A stretch of DNA of 64,000 nt, from positions 13,381 through 77,380 of the forward strand of contig JAIDDJ010000033.1 of assembly GCA_029055345.1 (NCBI GenBank), in the 5' to 3' direction. A program made the position numbers and the translations under genes. Position 1 is the stretch's first letter. Every line of letters starts with the position of its first letter. This document shows, in pieces, positions 9,233-17,989 of the stretch. The notes under the pieces were generated by a model, which saw only the letters and a list, made by a program, of their open reading frames with translations, was not told the origin of the DNA and ran no database searches. Source of the DNA: Muribaculaceae bacterium. GTDB lineage: Bacteria > Bacteroidota > Bacteroidia > Bacteroidales > Muribaculaceae.

Positions 9233-10855
9233 ATGAGGAAATTATGCTTTTCCTTGTTGACGTTAGTAATTGCTCTTCCAATCTTTGCGGCTGCAGAAGA
9301 TGGGTCAATAACGTCAACACCGGCGCCAATTGTGAGCAATAAGGCGTTTGAAGTAACTGTTAGGACCGGTGATTTCGGCTCCGAGGTTTATTGTTACACA
9401 TGGTGTAAATTCTCGGATAATACCGAAATCAATCCCTATGATTGGAATTCCGTAAATACAGCAGAATTCCGTATGAGCGGAAGCGGAGGTGTATATACCT
9501 TTTCAGTTGCTGATATCAAAGCTTTTTACAAACTCTCTGACGCTCAACTCGAAAAACTAACCACACTCGGTTTTATAGCCAAGACTCCTTCCGGACGGCA
9601 GACTGTCGACCTGTTTTGTGATGTAGTGCAGGGTCTCAGAGAAGCTTATTCCGGTGGCGAAGGGACAAGCGATTCACCTTTCATACTTAAAACAGTTGCC
9701 GACCTCAACGAGCTTTCGCGCACTTCAGGCGATTGGGGTCCCGATTGCTATCTTAAATTGGAAGCGGATATCGATGCCTCAGGTCTGTCCGCACCGATTG
9801 GGTCCGCTGCCTCCCCATTCAAAGCATCTTTTGACGGTAATGGCTTTTCCTTGAAAAATCTTACCATTGATACTGATAAAATAGGGACTGCCACAGGGTT
9901 ATTTGGAGTCATTGATGGTGGCTATATACAAAATTTAGGCGTGACTGGGGCTGAAGTCTCCGGTCTTACTTACACTGGTATTATTGCCGGTATACTTCAA
10001 AGCGGTACAATCGAACGCTGCTTCTCAACCGGAACAGTGTCAAGCAGTTCTATATGTGCCGGAGGACTCGTCGGTGAGAATGTCGCGGGGGAAATCCTCA
10101 ATTGCTATTCCGGAGCCTCGGTAAATAATATGAATGACCATGCATCCGGTGGTCTTGTAGGCAAAAACAGTGGCATTATCAAAAACACTTATGCTGCAGG
10201 TGAGGTAGCCGGACATGACTATGTAGGCGGTCTCGTTGGAGCCAACTATGGCACTGTAAGCAATTCCGTGGCTCTGAATGCAGGAGTGCTTTGCAACAAT
10301 GACTTTACAGCGCGTCTCGGTGGAAACAATAATCAGAGGAATGTTTCTCAAAATAATTATTGTTGGAGTGATATTCCCGCTATTCAGGACAGCTGGTCCG
10401 GTTATGGTGATCATGCCACAACGAAAGACGCGTCTGTCCTGGGAATGGAAGATTCGTTTAAATCACTGTTGCATTGGGACTTCAACAATGTCTGGGAGTG
10501 GAAATGGGCTGCTGATGACAGACGTGGATACCCCTTGCTTCGTAATCTTAACAACCAGAGATGTGTGGTGCCTGATGCATATCTGTTTTTTGAGGTTTCC
10601 GTTAATGAAATCGTTAACGACAATACCATGGTAGTCGGCCCGAATCCGACTTATGGCATCATTAATGTGTCTTCCTCAGTGCCGGTTGAGTCATATATGG
10701 TGACATCTCTCAATGGAAGCGTAGCCTTAAAAGGCTTTCAGGGAGCTGTATGCTCTCTTGATATTGACATGTCCGGTCTTGATTGCGGCCTCTATATCCT
10801 GAGGATTATAACTACCGAAGGATCGGTTTCCGTTCATAAAATTTTCAAAAAGTAA
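9233..10855 (+). CDS. T9SS-secreted non-catalytic protein: CBM98-like N-terminal domain, GLUG-type repeats, type A CTD
   Basis: Signal peptide; GLUG-like GGLVG repeats after YSGGEGTSDSPF; C-terminal PNPT...GLYILRI..VHKIFKK. The CBM98-like call rests on pattern resemblance only. Confidence 0.75.
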   Translation: MRKLCFSLLTLVIALPIFAAAEDGSITSTPAPIVSNKAFEVTVRTGDFGSEVYCYTWCKFSDNTEINPYDWNSVNTAEFRMSGSGGVYTFSVADIKAFYKLSDAQLEKLTTLGFIAKTPSGRQTVDLFCDVVQGLREAYSGGEGTSDSPFILKTVADLNELSRTSGDWGPDCYLKLEADIDASGLSAPIGSAASPFKASFDGNGFSLKNLTIDTDKIGTATGLFGVIDGGYIQNLGVTGAEVSGLTYTGIIAGILQSGTIERCFSTGTVSSSSICAGGLVGENVAGEILNCYSGASVNNMNDHASGGLVGKNSGIIKNTYAAGEVAGHDYVGGLVGANYGTVSNSVALNAGVLCNNDFTARLGGNNNQRNVSQNNYCWSDIPAIQDSWSGYGDHATTKDASVLGMEDSFKSLLHWDFNNVWEWKWAADDRRGYPLLRNLNNQRCVVPDAYLFFEVSVNEIVNDNTMVVGPNPTYGIINVSSSVPVESYMVTSLNGSVALKGFQGAVCSLDIDMSGLDCGLYILRIITTEGSVSVHKIFKK

Positions 10856-10863
10856 TCTTTGTC

Positions 10864-13515
10864 ATGAATTTTTCAAGATATATTAAGGCTGCCTCGCAGC
10901 TTTTATGCGCCGGTGCGCTTGTCATTTCCGGAACCCTGACAGCCTTGGCTGCCGGAGATGCCACATTGAACCGATTAGAAATAAAAGTAGGAGGTGAAAA
11001 TATCCTCACCGGATTCAATAAGAATACCAAGACTTATGACGTAGAGCTGGAGGAAGGTTCGGCATCTTTGGCCACATTCTCCGCCGCTCCCTCTTCAGAT
11101 GATGCCACAGTGGACATTTCAATCAACGGCAAGCTTTACACTAATCATTCGCTCGGCAGCCTAATAGCGGGTGATAATGTGGTAACATATACAATTAAAA
11201 GCGGTTCCTCCACTGAAGTATATACAATTAATATCAAGACCCCACAGGTGGTCCGTCAAAGTTATTTCACATGGAAGAATGCCAATATTTATTTCGTCCT
11301 CACTGACAGATTTTATAATGGCGACTCATCGAATGATGAAAGCTATCACCGTCATAAGATTGCAGCAGGCATTGATGTGGCTACGTTCCATGGAGGAGAT
11401 ATTAAGGGTCTCACCCAGAAACTCGACTATCTGAACAATCTCGGTGTGAATGCCATATGGATAACTGCACCTTATGAGCAGATGCACGGTTGGACCGGGG
11501 GTAAGGATGATGCTTTCCCGCATTATGCATTCCATGGATATTACACCCTCGACTGGACCTTTATGGACCGGAATATGGGAACTATAGATGATATGCGCGA
11601 ATTTGTGACAGAAGCCCACCGTCGTGGCATACGTGTCGTGATGGATATAGTGCTCAATCATACCGCATACGCCACTCTTGATGATTGTGTCGATTATGGC
11701 TTTGGAAACTTCAATGGAACTCCCACGGCGGGATATGTTCCGAGTTCAGGACCTTTCACTATGTGGGGTAGTGGTTCTGTATCATTTAATGCAGTAACTC
11801 AAGGTAACTGGGGTAAATGGTGGGGTCCGTGGGTCAGAGCTTTCGGGGATCGCGACTGGGGTACATCCGCCGGTTTCGTAAAGCCCGGAGGTGATGATAA
11901 GACGATGTCGCTCGCCGGACTTCCTGACGTTGTCACCGAGCGGAGCGCATCAGTAGAGATTCCGGCTTTCCTCGCCACGAAGTGGAATGCAGAAAAAGGA
12001 GGTGATTGGGATAATTACCGGCTCCCGAATCTCGATGGCTGGCGTGTCGGAGGAAAAGGGGCTCCTGCTGACTATATTATCAACTGGCTTGCCGGTTGGG
12101 TAGAATATTTCGGAATTGACGGTTTCCGCTGCGATACTGCGAAGCATGTGGAATTCAATCGCTGGAACCAGCTTAAGAATACCTGTAAACAAGCTCTCGC
12201 AAGATGGCGGGCAAGTGACAGGGCAGATGAATATGCCAAGAATTGGACTGATGATTTCTGGATGACAGGAGAGGCCTGGGGTTGGGATCATGGTGACACA
12301 GGTTATTTCTCACAGGGTGGCTTTGACTCCATGATTAATTTTGCCTTCAATGGCACGGAAGGTGGTTCAGGCAGAACTCCTGGAGCCGGCGACTGGGAAT
12401 ATTACGCAAATTTCTGCAACGGTACAAATGGCCGGCAGGTGTTGAACTATGTGTCGAGCCACGACACCGGCCTTCACCGCCCCGGCGACCAGAAAAAAGT
12501 AGGAACAATGCTGTTGCTTTGTCCCGGTGGTGCCCAAATATATTACGGCGATGAGACTTCCCGGCCCGCGGTCAATGGATATGGCGATGCCGGAATGGTT
12601 ACGCGAGGCGACTTCAATTGGAACGCTGTTGACAATGACGTCAATAAGCACTGGCAAAAAGTCGGCCAGTTCCGCCGTCGCAATCCGGCGGTCGGAGCAG
12701 GTACTCAATCGGTAATCAACGGATGCTATGTCAGAAAATTCTCGGAAAACGGATATTCCAATGCAGTGGCCATTAAGCTTGACACTCAGTCAGGGCAATC
12801 TTATACCATCAGCACCGGAGATGCATTCCCCGATGGTACAAGGGTGATGGACGGATATAACACGGAAAGCACGGCGACCGTGTCAGGTGGAAAAGTTACC
12901 ATTACGGCTTCTGGTCCGGTTATCCTCATAGAGGAGTATGGCACTATTAGTGATGATCCCGTGCCCCCCACTCCCTCCAAACCGAGAGTGACTGCTTCTC
13001 CGGCCGGTGGCCAGTTCACGGATAACGTTACGGTGACTCTTTCTGCCACCCCTGCAGATGTCGCAATCCACTATTCAACAACCGGTGTCGCTAACGCTTC
13101 CTCTCCTATTTATAATTCTCCGCTCACTTTCACGGAAACTACCACATTATCAACTTTCGTTGAGAACGCGAATGGTTCAAACACACAGACCTTTGTATAT
13201 ACAAAGAGTCAGGGAAATATTGAGCCCGAAGCTTCCTGCTATATCTATTTCGATGATATGTCTAAAACCGATGTTGCCGTATGGGCGTGGAAAGGAAATA
13301 CCAATTGTACGCAATCAGGCAGCTGGCCCGGCGACAGAATGACTCAGAAAGATGGTAAATATTATTGGGCCCTTCCGGAAGGGAAGGAGTTCCCTACCGA
13401 TGTCATCATCAGTTGGAGTTCCGGTAATGATAGAGATCGCGCGGGGGGAAAAGACCTTAAATTCGTGAACAAGGCCACGTATCATGCTGACGGCACTTAT
13501 ACGCTTCATGAATAA
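10864..13515 (+). CDS. Multi-domain GH13 alpha-amylase (MalS/GH13_19-like) with an N-terminal cadherin-like sandwich, a CHB_HEX_C-type domain and a C-terminal CBM26-like starch-binding module
   Basis: Signal peptide; GH13 regions DIVLNH, GFRCDTAKH, GEAW and YVSSHD (catalytic D/E/D intact); Pro-rich linker; VWAW..SWPGDRM. Confidence 0.9.
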   Translation: MNFSRYIKAASQLLCAGALVISGTLTALAAGDATLNRLEIKVGGENILTGFNKNTKTYDVELEEGSASLATFSAAPSSDDATVDISINGKLYTNHSLGSLIAGDNVVTYTIKSGSSTEVYTINIKTPQVVRQSYFTWKNANIYFVLTDRFYNGDSSNDESYHRHKIAAGIDVATFHGGDIKGLTQKLDYLNNLGVNAIWITAPYEQMHGWTGGKDDAFPHYAFHGYYTLDWTFMDRNMGTIDDMREFVTEAHRRGIRVVMDIVLNHTAYATLDDCVDYGFGNFNGTPTAGYVPSSGPFTMWGSGSVSFNAVTQGNWGKWWGPWVRAFGDRDWGTSAGFVKPGGDDKTMSLAGLPDVVTERSASVEIPAFLATKWNAEKGGDWDNYRLPNLDGWRVGGKGAPADYIINWLAGWVEYFGIDGFRCDTAKHVEFNRWNQLKNTCKQALARWRASDRADEYAKNWTDDFWMTGEAWGWDHGDTGYFSQGGFDSMINFAFNGTEGGSGRTPGAGDWEYYANFCNGTNGRQVLNYVSSHDTGLHRPGDQKKVGTMLLLCPGGAQIYYGDETSRPAVNGYGDAGMVTRGDFNWNAVDNDVNKHWQKVGQFRRRNPAVGAGTQSVINGCYVRKFSENGYSNAVAIKLDTQSGQSYTISTGDAFPDGTRVMDGYNTESTATVSGGKVTITASGPVILIEEYGTISDDPVPPTPSKPRVTASPAGGQFTDNVTVTLSATPADVAIHYSTTGVANASSPIYNSPLTFTETTTLSTFVENANGSNTQTFVYTKSQGNIEPEASCYIYFDDMSKTDVAVWAWKGNTNCTQSGSWPGDRMTQKDGKYYWALPEGKEFPTDVIISWSSGNDRDRAGGKDLKFVNKATYHADGTYTLHE

Positions 13516-13595
13516 GACCTCATTCAATAAAATCTGTTAATTCCAGAGCGGCTATCTTCAAAGAAAAAATTCTCTAAATTTAATAACAAGGCCTA
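13514..13595 (+). mobile_element. Internally deleted MITE-like relic with IS5-type ends
   Basis: AGACCTCATTCAATAAAATCTGTTAATTCCAGAGC is near-identical to 47534-47568; a possible opposite end AATAACAAGGCCTA. Confidence 0.55.
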
Positions 13596-13600
13596 ATCTT

Positions 13601-13637
13601 GGGGTTGAGCCATAATCAATTCGGCTCAGCCCCTTTT
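13601..13637 (+). terminator. Rho-independent terminator of the amylase module
   Basis: GGGGTTGAGCC-N11-GGCTCAGCCCC-TTTT. Confidence 0.8.
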
Positions 13638-13686
13638 CATTCACAAGTTTTCACATTTAGATATCATAAATTTCGATAAAAATAGC

Positions 13687-13694
13687 TATCTTTG
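13687..13694 (+). promoter_or_regulatory. Bacteroidota -7 promoter element
   Basis: TATCTTTG upstream of the 13759 gene. Confidence 0.6.
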
Positions 13695-13758
13695 CAGTTG
13701 CATTAAATCTATTGAGACCTCATTACTAAGAACGTCGGGATATAATGCAACATTTTAT

Positions 13759-14670
13759 ATGCGCATATCACTTGTCAATTCTATTATGGTTGTAAGCCTT
13801 AGTTGGTTAACTTTGGCCACGGCGTCTTGCTCATCTCCAGCGCAGGATGTTTCAACCGATAATGAAATATTGGTGGCAGTTGGAGACTCCTGTCTGTCCA
13901 TGGAGGAAGTGCTTTTGCGCATTCCGAGGGGCCTGGCTCCCGAGGACAGTGCCGCCATGTTCAATAGAATTGTGGATGAATGGGTTAGAGAACTTGTGCT
14001 CGTGGATTTCGCAAAAAAAAATATTCCTGATATGGAGCGTATCGAGCGTATGGTCGAAGCCTATCGTAATAATCTCATAGTCACAAGTTATCTCCAATCG
14101 ATGTCTGAAAGCAATCAATCGGAGGTAGGTGAGAGTCGGATTAAGCAGTTTTACGAGGCCAATAAAGCAAATATGGTGCTTGAAGAACCTATCGTCAAGG
14201 GAGCTTTTTTAAAAGTGAGTCAATCTGACCAGTCTCTTGACAAACTTAGGGATTGGATGGCGGAATTCAGTGAATCAAGTATTGACAGGATTGAGGAAGC
14301 AGGTCTTAGGCATGCATCCAATTATAAATACTTTAAGGACTCCTGGCAATCATGGGGCGATGTGGCATCTCAGATTCCTTATAGGTTTTTCGATGCCGAT
14401 GCTTTTGTGAGAAGCACTAAGAATTTCGAGACTGCCGATGGGGGCTCGATATATCTTCTGCATATTTCAGATTACATTCCGTCAGGTTCGGAAATGCCTT
14501 ATGAATATGCGAGGATAAAAATTAAGGAAATATTGAGTAGCGCGGATTTCGCAAAACGTCGGGAGCAGCTAATTTCCGACATCTATAAGAGAGAGATGGA
14601 AGAGGGTGTTCTCAAACCGGGACTTTATAACCCGATAGAGCATAGCATTCAGACGCAGGTCCGGCAGTAA
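13759..14670 (+). CDS. Conserved lipoprotein, degenerate foldase/PPIase-like
   Basis: Lipobox ATASC; LVAVGD..LS..E N-terminal SurA/PrsA-like segment; conserved position before surA. Confidence 0.75.
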   Translation: MRISLVNSIMVVSLSWLTLATASCSSPAQDVSTDNEILVAVGDSCLSMEEVLLRIPRGLAPEDSAAMFNRIVDEWVRELVLVDFAKKNIPDMERIERMVEAYRNNLIVTSYLQSMSESNQSEVGESRIKQFYEANKANMVLEEPIVKGAFLKVSQSDQSLDKLRDWMAEFSESSIDRIEEAGLRHASNYKYFKDSWQSWGDVASQIPYRFFDADAFVRSTKNFETADGGSIYLLHISDYIPSGSEMPYEYARIKIKEILSSADFAKRREQLISDIYKREMEEGVLKPGLYNPIEHSIQTQVRQ

Positions 14671-14734
14671 GGTAATGTCTTCCTGCTTCTCCTCAATAAA
14701 AAGAACAGAAAATAAACATATAAACGAAAATACA

Positions 14735-16099
14735 GTGAGACTACGTAACGTCATAATGTCATTGGGTGCGCTTGCCGCCGTTTGTGCTGTCGCGGCGCCA
14801 ATCAAGAAGAATGTGATTGACGAAGTGGCATGGATAGTAGGTGACGAACCTATTTTCCGTTCTGAGATCGAAGAGCAATATCTGCAGTCGCGGCAGGAAA
14901 ACATATCTTTCGGAGGGGATCCTTATTGCGTGATTCCCGAGAAACTGGCTGTGGAGAAATTATATCTGCATCAGGCGAAGTTGGATACGATAACTGCTCC
15001 TGAAGCGCAGGTGGCTGCCGGAGTTGATAAACGTATCAATTATTTCATTGCCAATTTAGGATCAAAGGAGAAAGTCGAGGAATATTTCCGCAAACCTCTT
15101 CCTGCTCTCCGTGAGCAACTGATGGACTTCATGCGCAATAATTACATCATTGAGCAGGTGCAGCGAAACTTGACTAAGGATGTCAAAGCCACCCCTAAAG
15201 ATATACGTAAGTATTTCTCCGGCCTTTCCGTTGATTCAATACCATATGTCCCGATGCAGGTGGAAACGCAAATCATAGAAATCAATCCCCGAATTCCGGA
15301 TCAGGAAGTTGAGGATGTCAAGGCTCGACTCCGTGATTATGCTGATCGTGTAAATAGGGGTGAGGCTGAATTCTCCACTCTCGCCATTATGTATTCGGAA
15401 GATGGCTCAGCCATGCAAGGTGGCGAGCTCGGATTTCACGGACGCGCCGATTGGGTGCCGGAGTTCTCGCAGGTTGCCTTCAATCTTAACGATCCCAAAC
15501 GTGTCTCAAGAATAGTGGAGACCGAATATGGTTACCATATTATCCAGCTTATAGAAAAACGCGGAGAACAAATAAATGTGCGACATATTCTGTTAACTCC
15601 GAAAGTCAGTTCGAAAGATCTTGCTGACGGGGTCGTGAAGCTTGACTCCATGCGCAAGGAAATTGTAGCCGGTAAATTCACATTTGAAGATGCGGCTAAA
15701 TATTATTCCCAGGATAAAAACACGCGCAATAACAAAGGCGTGATGATGAATCAGTCCAACGGTTCGACACGTTTTGAAATGCAGGATCTCCCGCCGGAAG
15801 TGGCTAAAAAGGTCGAACTGATGCAGCCCGGAGATATCTCTGATGCTTTTATAATGAAAGACCGCAGTAAAAACCGTGATGTAATTGCCATTGTCAAGCT
15901 GACTGCACGCATACCCGGCCATAAAGCCACCCTCAGTGAAGATTTCAATATGATAAAGGAAATGTATGAGAATCATGTGAGGGAAAAAATCATAACCGCC
16001 TGGATAGAGAATAAGATCAAAGACACTTATACAAAGATAGCGGAAGGCTGGGATGCCTGCGACTTTAAATACAAGGGTTGGAACAAAAACGCCCGTTGA
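14735..16099 (+). CDS. surA: SurA-like periplasmic chaperone/PPIase
   Basis: VIDEVAWIVGDEPI SurA N-domain and two parvulin domains (GGELG, ETEYGYHII); GTG start at 14735 inferred from the signal peptide. Confidence 0.85.
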   Translation: MRLRNVIMSLGALAAVCAVAAPIKKNVIDEVAWIVGDEPIFRSEIEEQYLQSRQENISFGGDPYCVIPEKLAVEKLYLHQAKLDTITAPEAQVAAGVDKRINYFIANLGSKEKVEEYFRKPLPALREQLMDFMRNNYIIEQVQRNLTKDVKATPKDIRKYFSGLSVDSIPYVPMQVETQIIEINPRIPDQEVEDVKARLRDYADRVNRGEAEFSTLAIMYSEDGSAMQGGELGFHGRADWVPEFSQVAFNLNDPKRVSRIVETEYGYHIIQLIEKRGEQINVRHILLTPKVSSKDLADGVVKLDSMRKEIVAGKFTFEDAAKYYSQDKNTRNNKGVMMNQSNGSTRFEMQDLPPEVAKKVELMQPGDISDAFIMKDRSKNRDVIAIVKLTARIPGHKATLSEDFNMIKEMYENHVREKIITAWIENKIKDTYTKIAEGWDACDFKYKGWNKNAR

Positions 16100-16111
16100 T
16101 TCTTTCGCAAG

Positions 16112-17989
16112 ATGTCAGAACGAAGAAAAAGAATACCATCATTCATACTCCTGGTATTGTCGGCTATCGTTTTTGCTGGTTCGCTATCGCTCATAAACCG
16201 GGCTAACGCGCAATCTCAGAACATTAAGCAGGCACGAGAAAAGGAGTCCTTCACAAGGCCTGATCCGAAAAAAACGATAAAACCAACAATCCCTGACGCC
16301 AACCGGTTTCAGCAGGATAAAGTCTTCCTTGAAAATGCAGATTCTTTATATCGTCCCGTCAATGAGTCTGAGGAATTTCAGATAGTTAAGGGCTCGGTCA
16401 AGTTCAGACAAGGGGGAATGTGGCTTTTTTGTGATTCAGCTTATTATTTCCCTCAGCGCAATTCTATGGATGCATTCGGGCATGTTGAGATGCGCCAGGG
16501 GGATACTCTATTTGTCTACGCCGACAAGGTATATTACGACGGTCTTTCTCGACATGCAATTCTTACTCACGGCCCGTCGCGCAGTAACGTGCAATTAAAA
16601 AACAGGTCCGTTACCCTCACAACAGATAGTCTTGATTATGATCTTGCCGGTGAAAGAGGATGGTATACACTTGGTGGAACTCTTGAGGATGATGTCAACA
16701 CGCTTACTTCGCAATATGGCGAGTATTCTCCTGCAACCAAGATAGCAGATTTTAGATATGATGTGGTTCTTGTGAATCGCAAGGATGGTTACAAGATGTT
16801 TACGGAAGAGTTGAGGTATAATACTGCCACTCATATAGCGGACATCAACACTTTGACAAGAATCGAGGGCGCAACCGATACAATTGTTACTTCCGCAGGA
16901 AATTACAATACCGCGACCGATTATGCAGTTCTTACGTCAAGGTCTCTGATAACCCACCGGGATTCTGCTGCTAATGTGACTACTTTGGAGGGAGACTCGA
17001 TAATATACGATAAGGCCACCAGAATAAGCCGGGCATATATGTTCCGTGATTCCTCGAAGCTCCCGGCTCCGATGGTAATCAACGATACGGCCCGTAAAGT
17101 GACTCTCATAGGAGGATATGGCGAGTATAATGATTCCACCAGATCCGCATTCTCTACTGACTACCCTCTTTTAATTGAATATTCCAGACCTGATACTTTG
17201 TTCCTCCGGGCCGATACCGTGCTGTCGTTTATCGAGAAGGTCCCGGTCGATACTGTCGGCTTGGAAACAAAGGATTTCAATGTGGCGCGCGCTATAGGTA
17301 GGGCCCGTTTTTTCAGCCAGGACATTCAGGGAATTGCCGATACACTCCTTTTCAAAGAGCAGGACTCGATTCTGTACATGATAAAAAAGCCCGTGGTTTG
17401 GAGCGGTGAAAGGCAAGTTTATGGGAATCTTATCAACGTCCATCTTAACGATTCAACAGCGGATTGGGCTGAACTCCCCGAATCCGGAATGCTCGCCGAG
17501 CATGTGGCTGAGAATTTTTATAATCAGTTAACGGGGACCTATATGATGGCTTACTTCAGCAATCAGGCGCTCGATAGTCTTGATGTAAAGGGAAATGTTA
17601 TAGCCAAACTTCTTCCTCAGGAGCAGGATTCTTCATATAATAAATTAGTCCATGCAGAGAGTTCTTATCTGCATATGGAGATGGATGGAAAGGATGTGAA
17701 ATTTCTAAAGATGTGGCCAGAAGTGACAGGCAACGTCAAGCCTCTTTTTGAGGTGAAGACCGCTGACCAGTTTATAGAAGGTTTCGTATGGCTTGAATCC
17801 CTGCGCCCTGTCAGAGACTGGTATGGGTCGAGGGCCCGCTGGCTTGATGACCTCGGGGAGGTTTCGGATGAGATGGACGAATATTTCAAGGCCCCCCCAT
17901 TGTTCAAGACCATGCCCAAATCAGCGCGCGATGTCCTTAGAAACAAGACAGGCGCACAACCTGTCGCAACACCGCAGAGCAATGAGTGA
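16112..17989 (+). CDS. OstA-like (LptA/LptD beta-jellyroll) envelope protein
   Basis: Repeated CDSA/ADKV/TDSL/GDSI/ADTL jellyroll motifs; N-terminal signal or TM segment; conserved position between surA and mutL. Confidence 0.85.
   Translation: MSERRKRIPSFILLVLSAIVFAGSLSLINRANAQSQNIKQAREKESFTRPDPKKTIKPTIPDANRFQQDKVFLENADSLYRPVNESEEFQIVKGSVKFRQGGMWLFCDSAYYFPQRNSMDAFGHVEMRQGDTLFVYADKVYYDGLSRHAILTHGPSRSNVQLKNRSVTLTTDSLDYDLAGERGWYTLGGTLEDDVNTLTSQYGEYSPATKIADFRYDVVLVNRKDGYKMFTEELRYNTATHIADINTLTRIEGATDTIVTSAGNYNTATDYAVLTSRSLITHRDSAANVTTLEGDSIIYDKATRISRAYMFRDSSKLPAPMVINDTARKVTLIGGYGEYNDSTRSAFSTDYPLLIEYSRPDTLFLRADTVLSFIEKVPVDTVGLETKDFNVARAIGRARFFSQDIQGIADTLLFKEQDSILYMIKKPVVWSGERQVYGNLINVHLNDSTADWAELPESGMLAEHVAENFYNQLTGTYMMAYFSNQALDSLDVKGNVIAKLLPQEQDSSYNKLVHAESSYLHMEMDGKDVKFLKMWPEVTGNVKPLFEVKTADQFIEGFVWLESLRPVRDWYGSRARWLDDLGEVSDEMDEYFKAPPLFKTMPKSARDVLRNKTGAQPVATPQSNE

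Noticed and set aside
17793-17981. 63-aa N-terminal extension of MutL in the ORF track
   Set aside because: It overlaps the OstA-like gene; the canonical start MSDVIRLL is at 17982.
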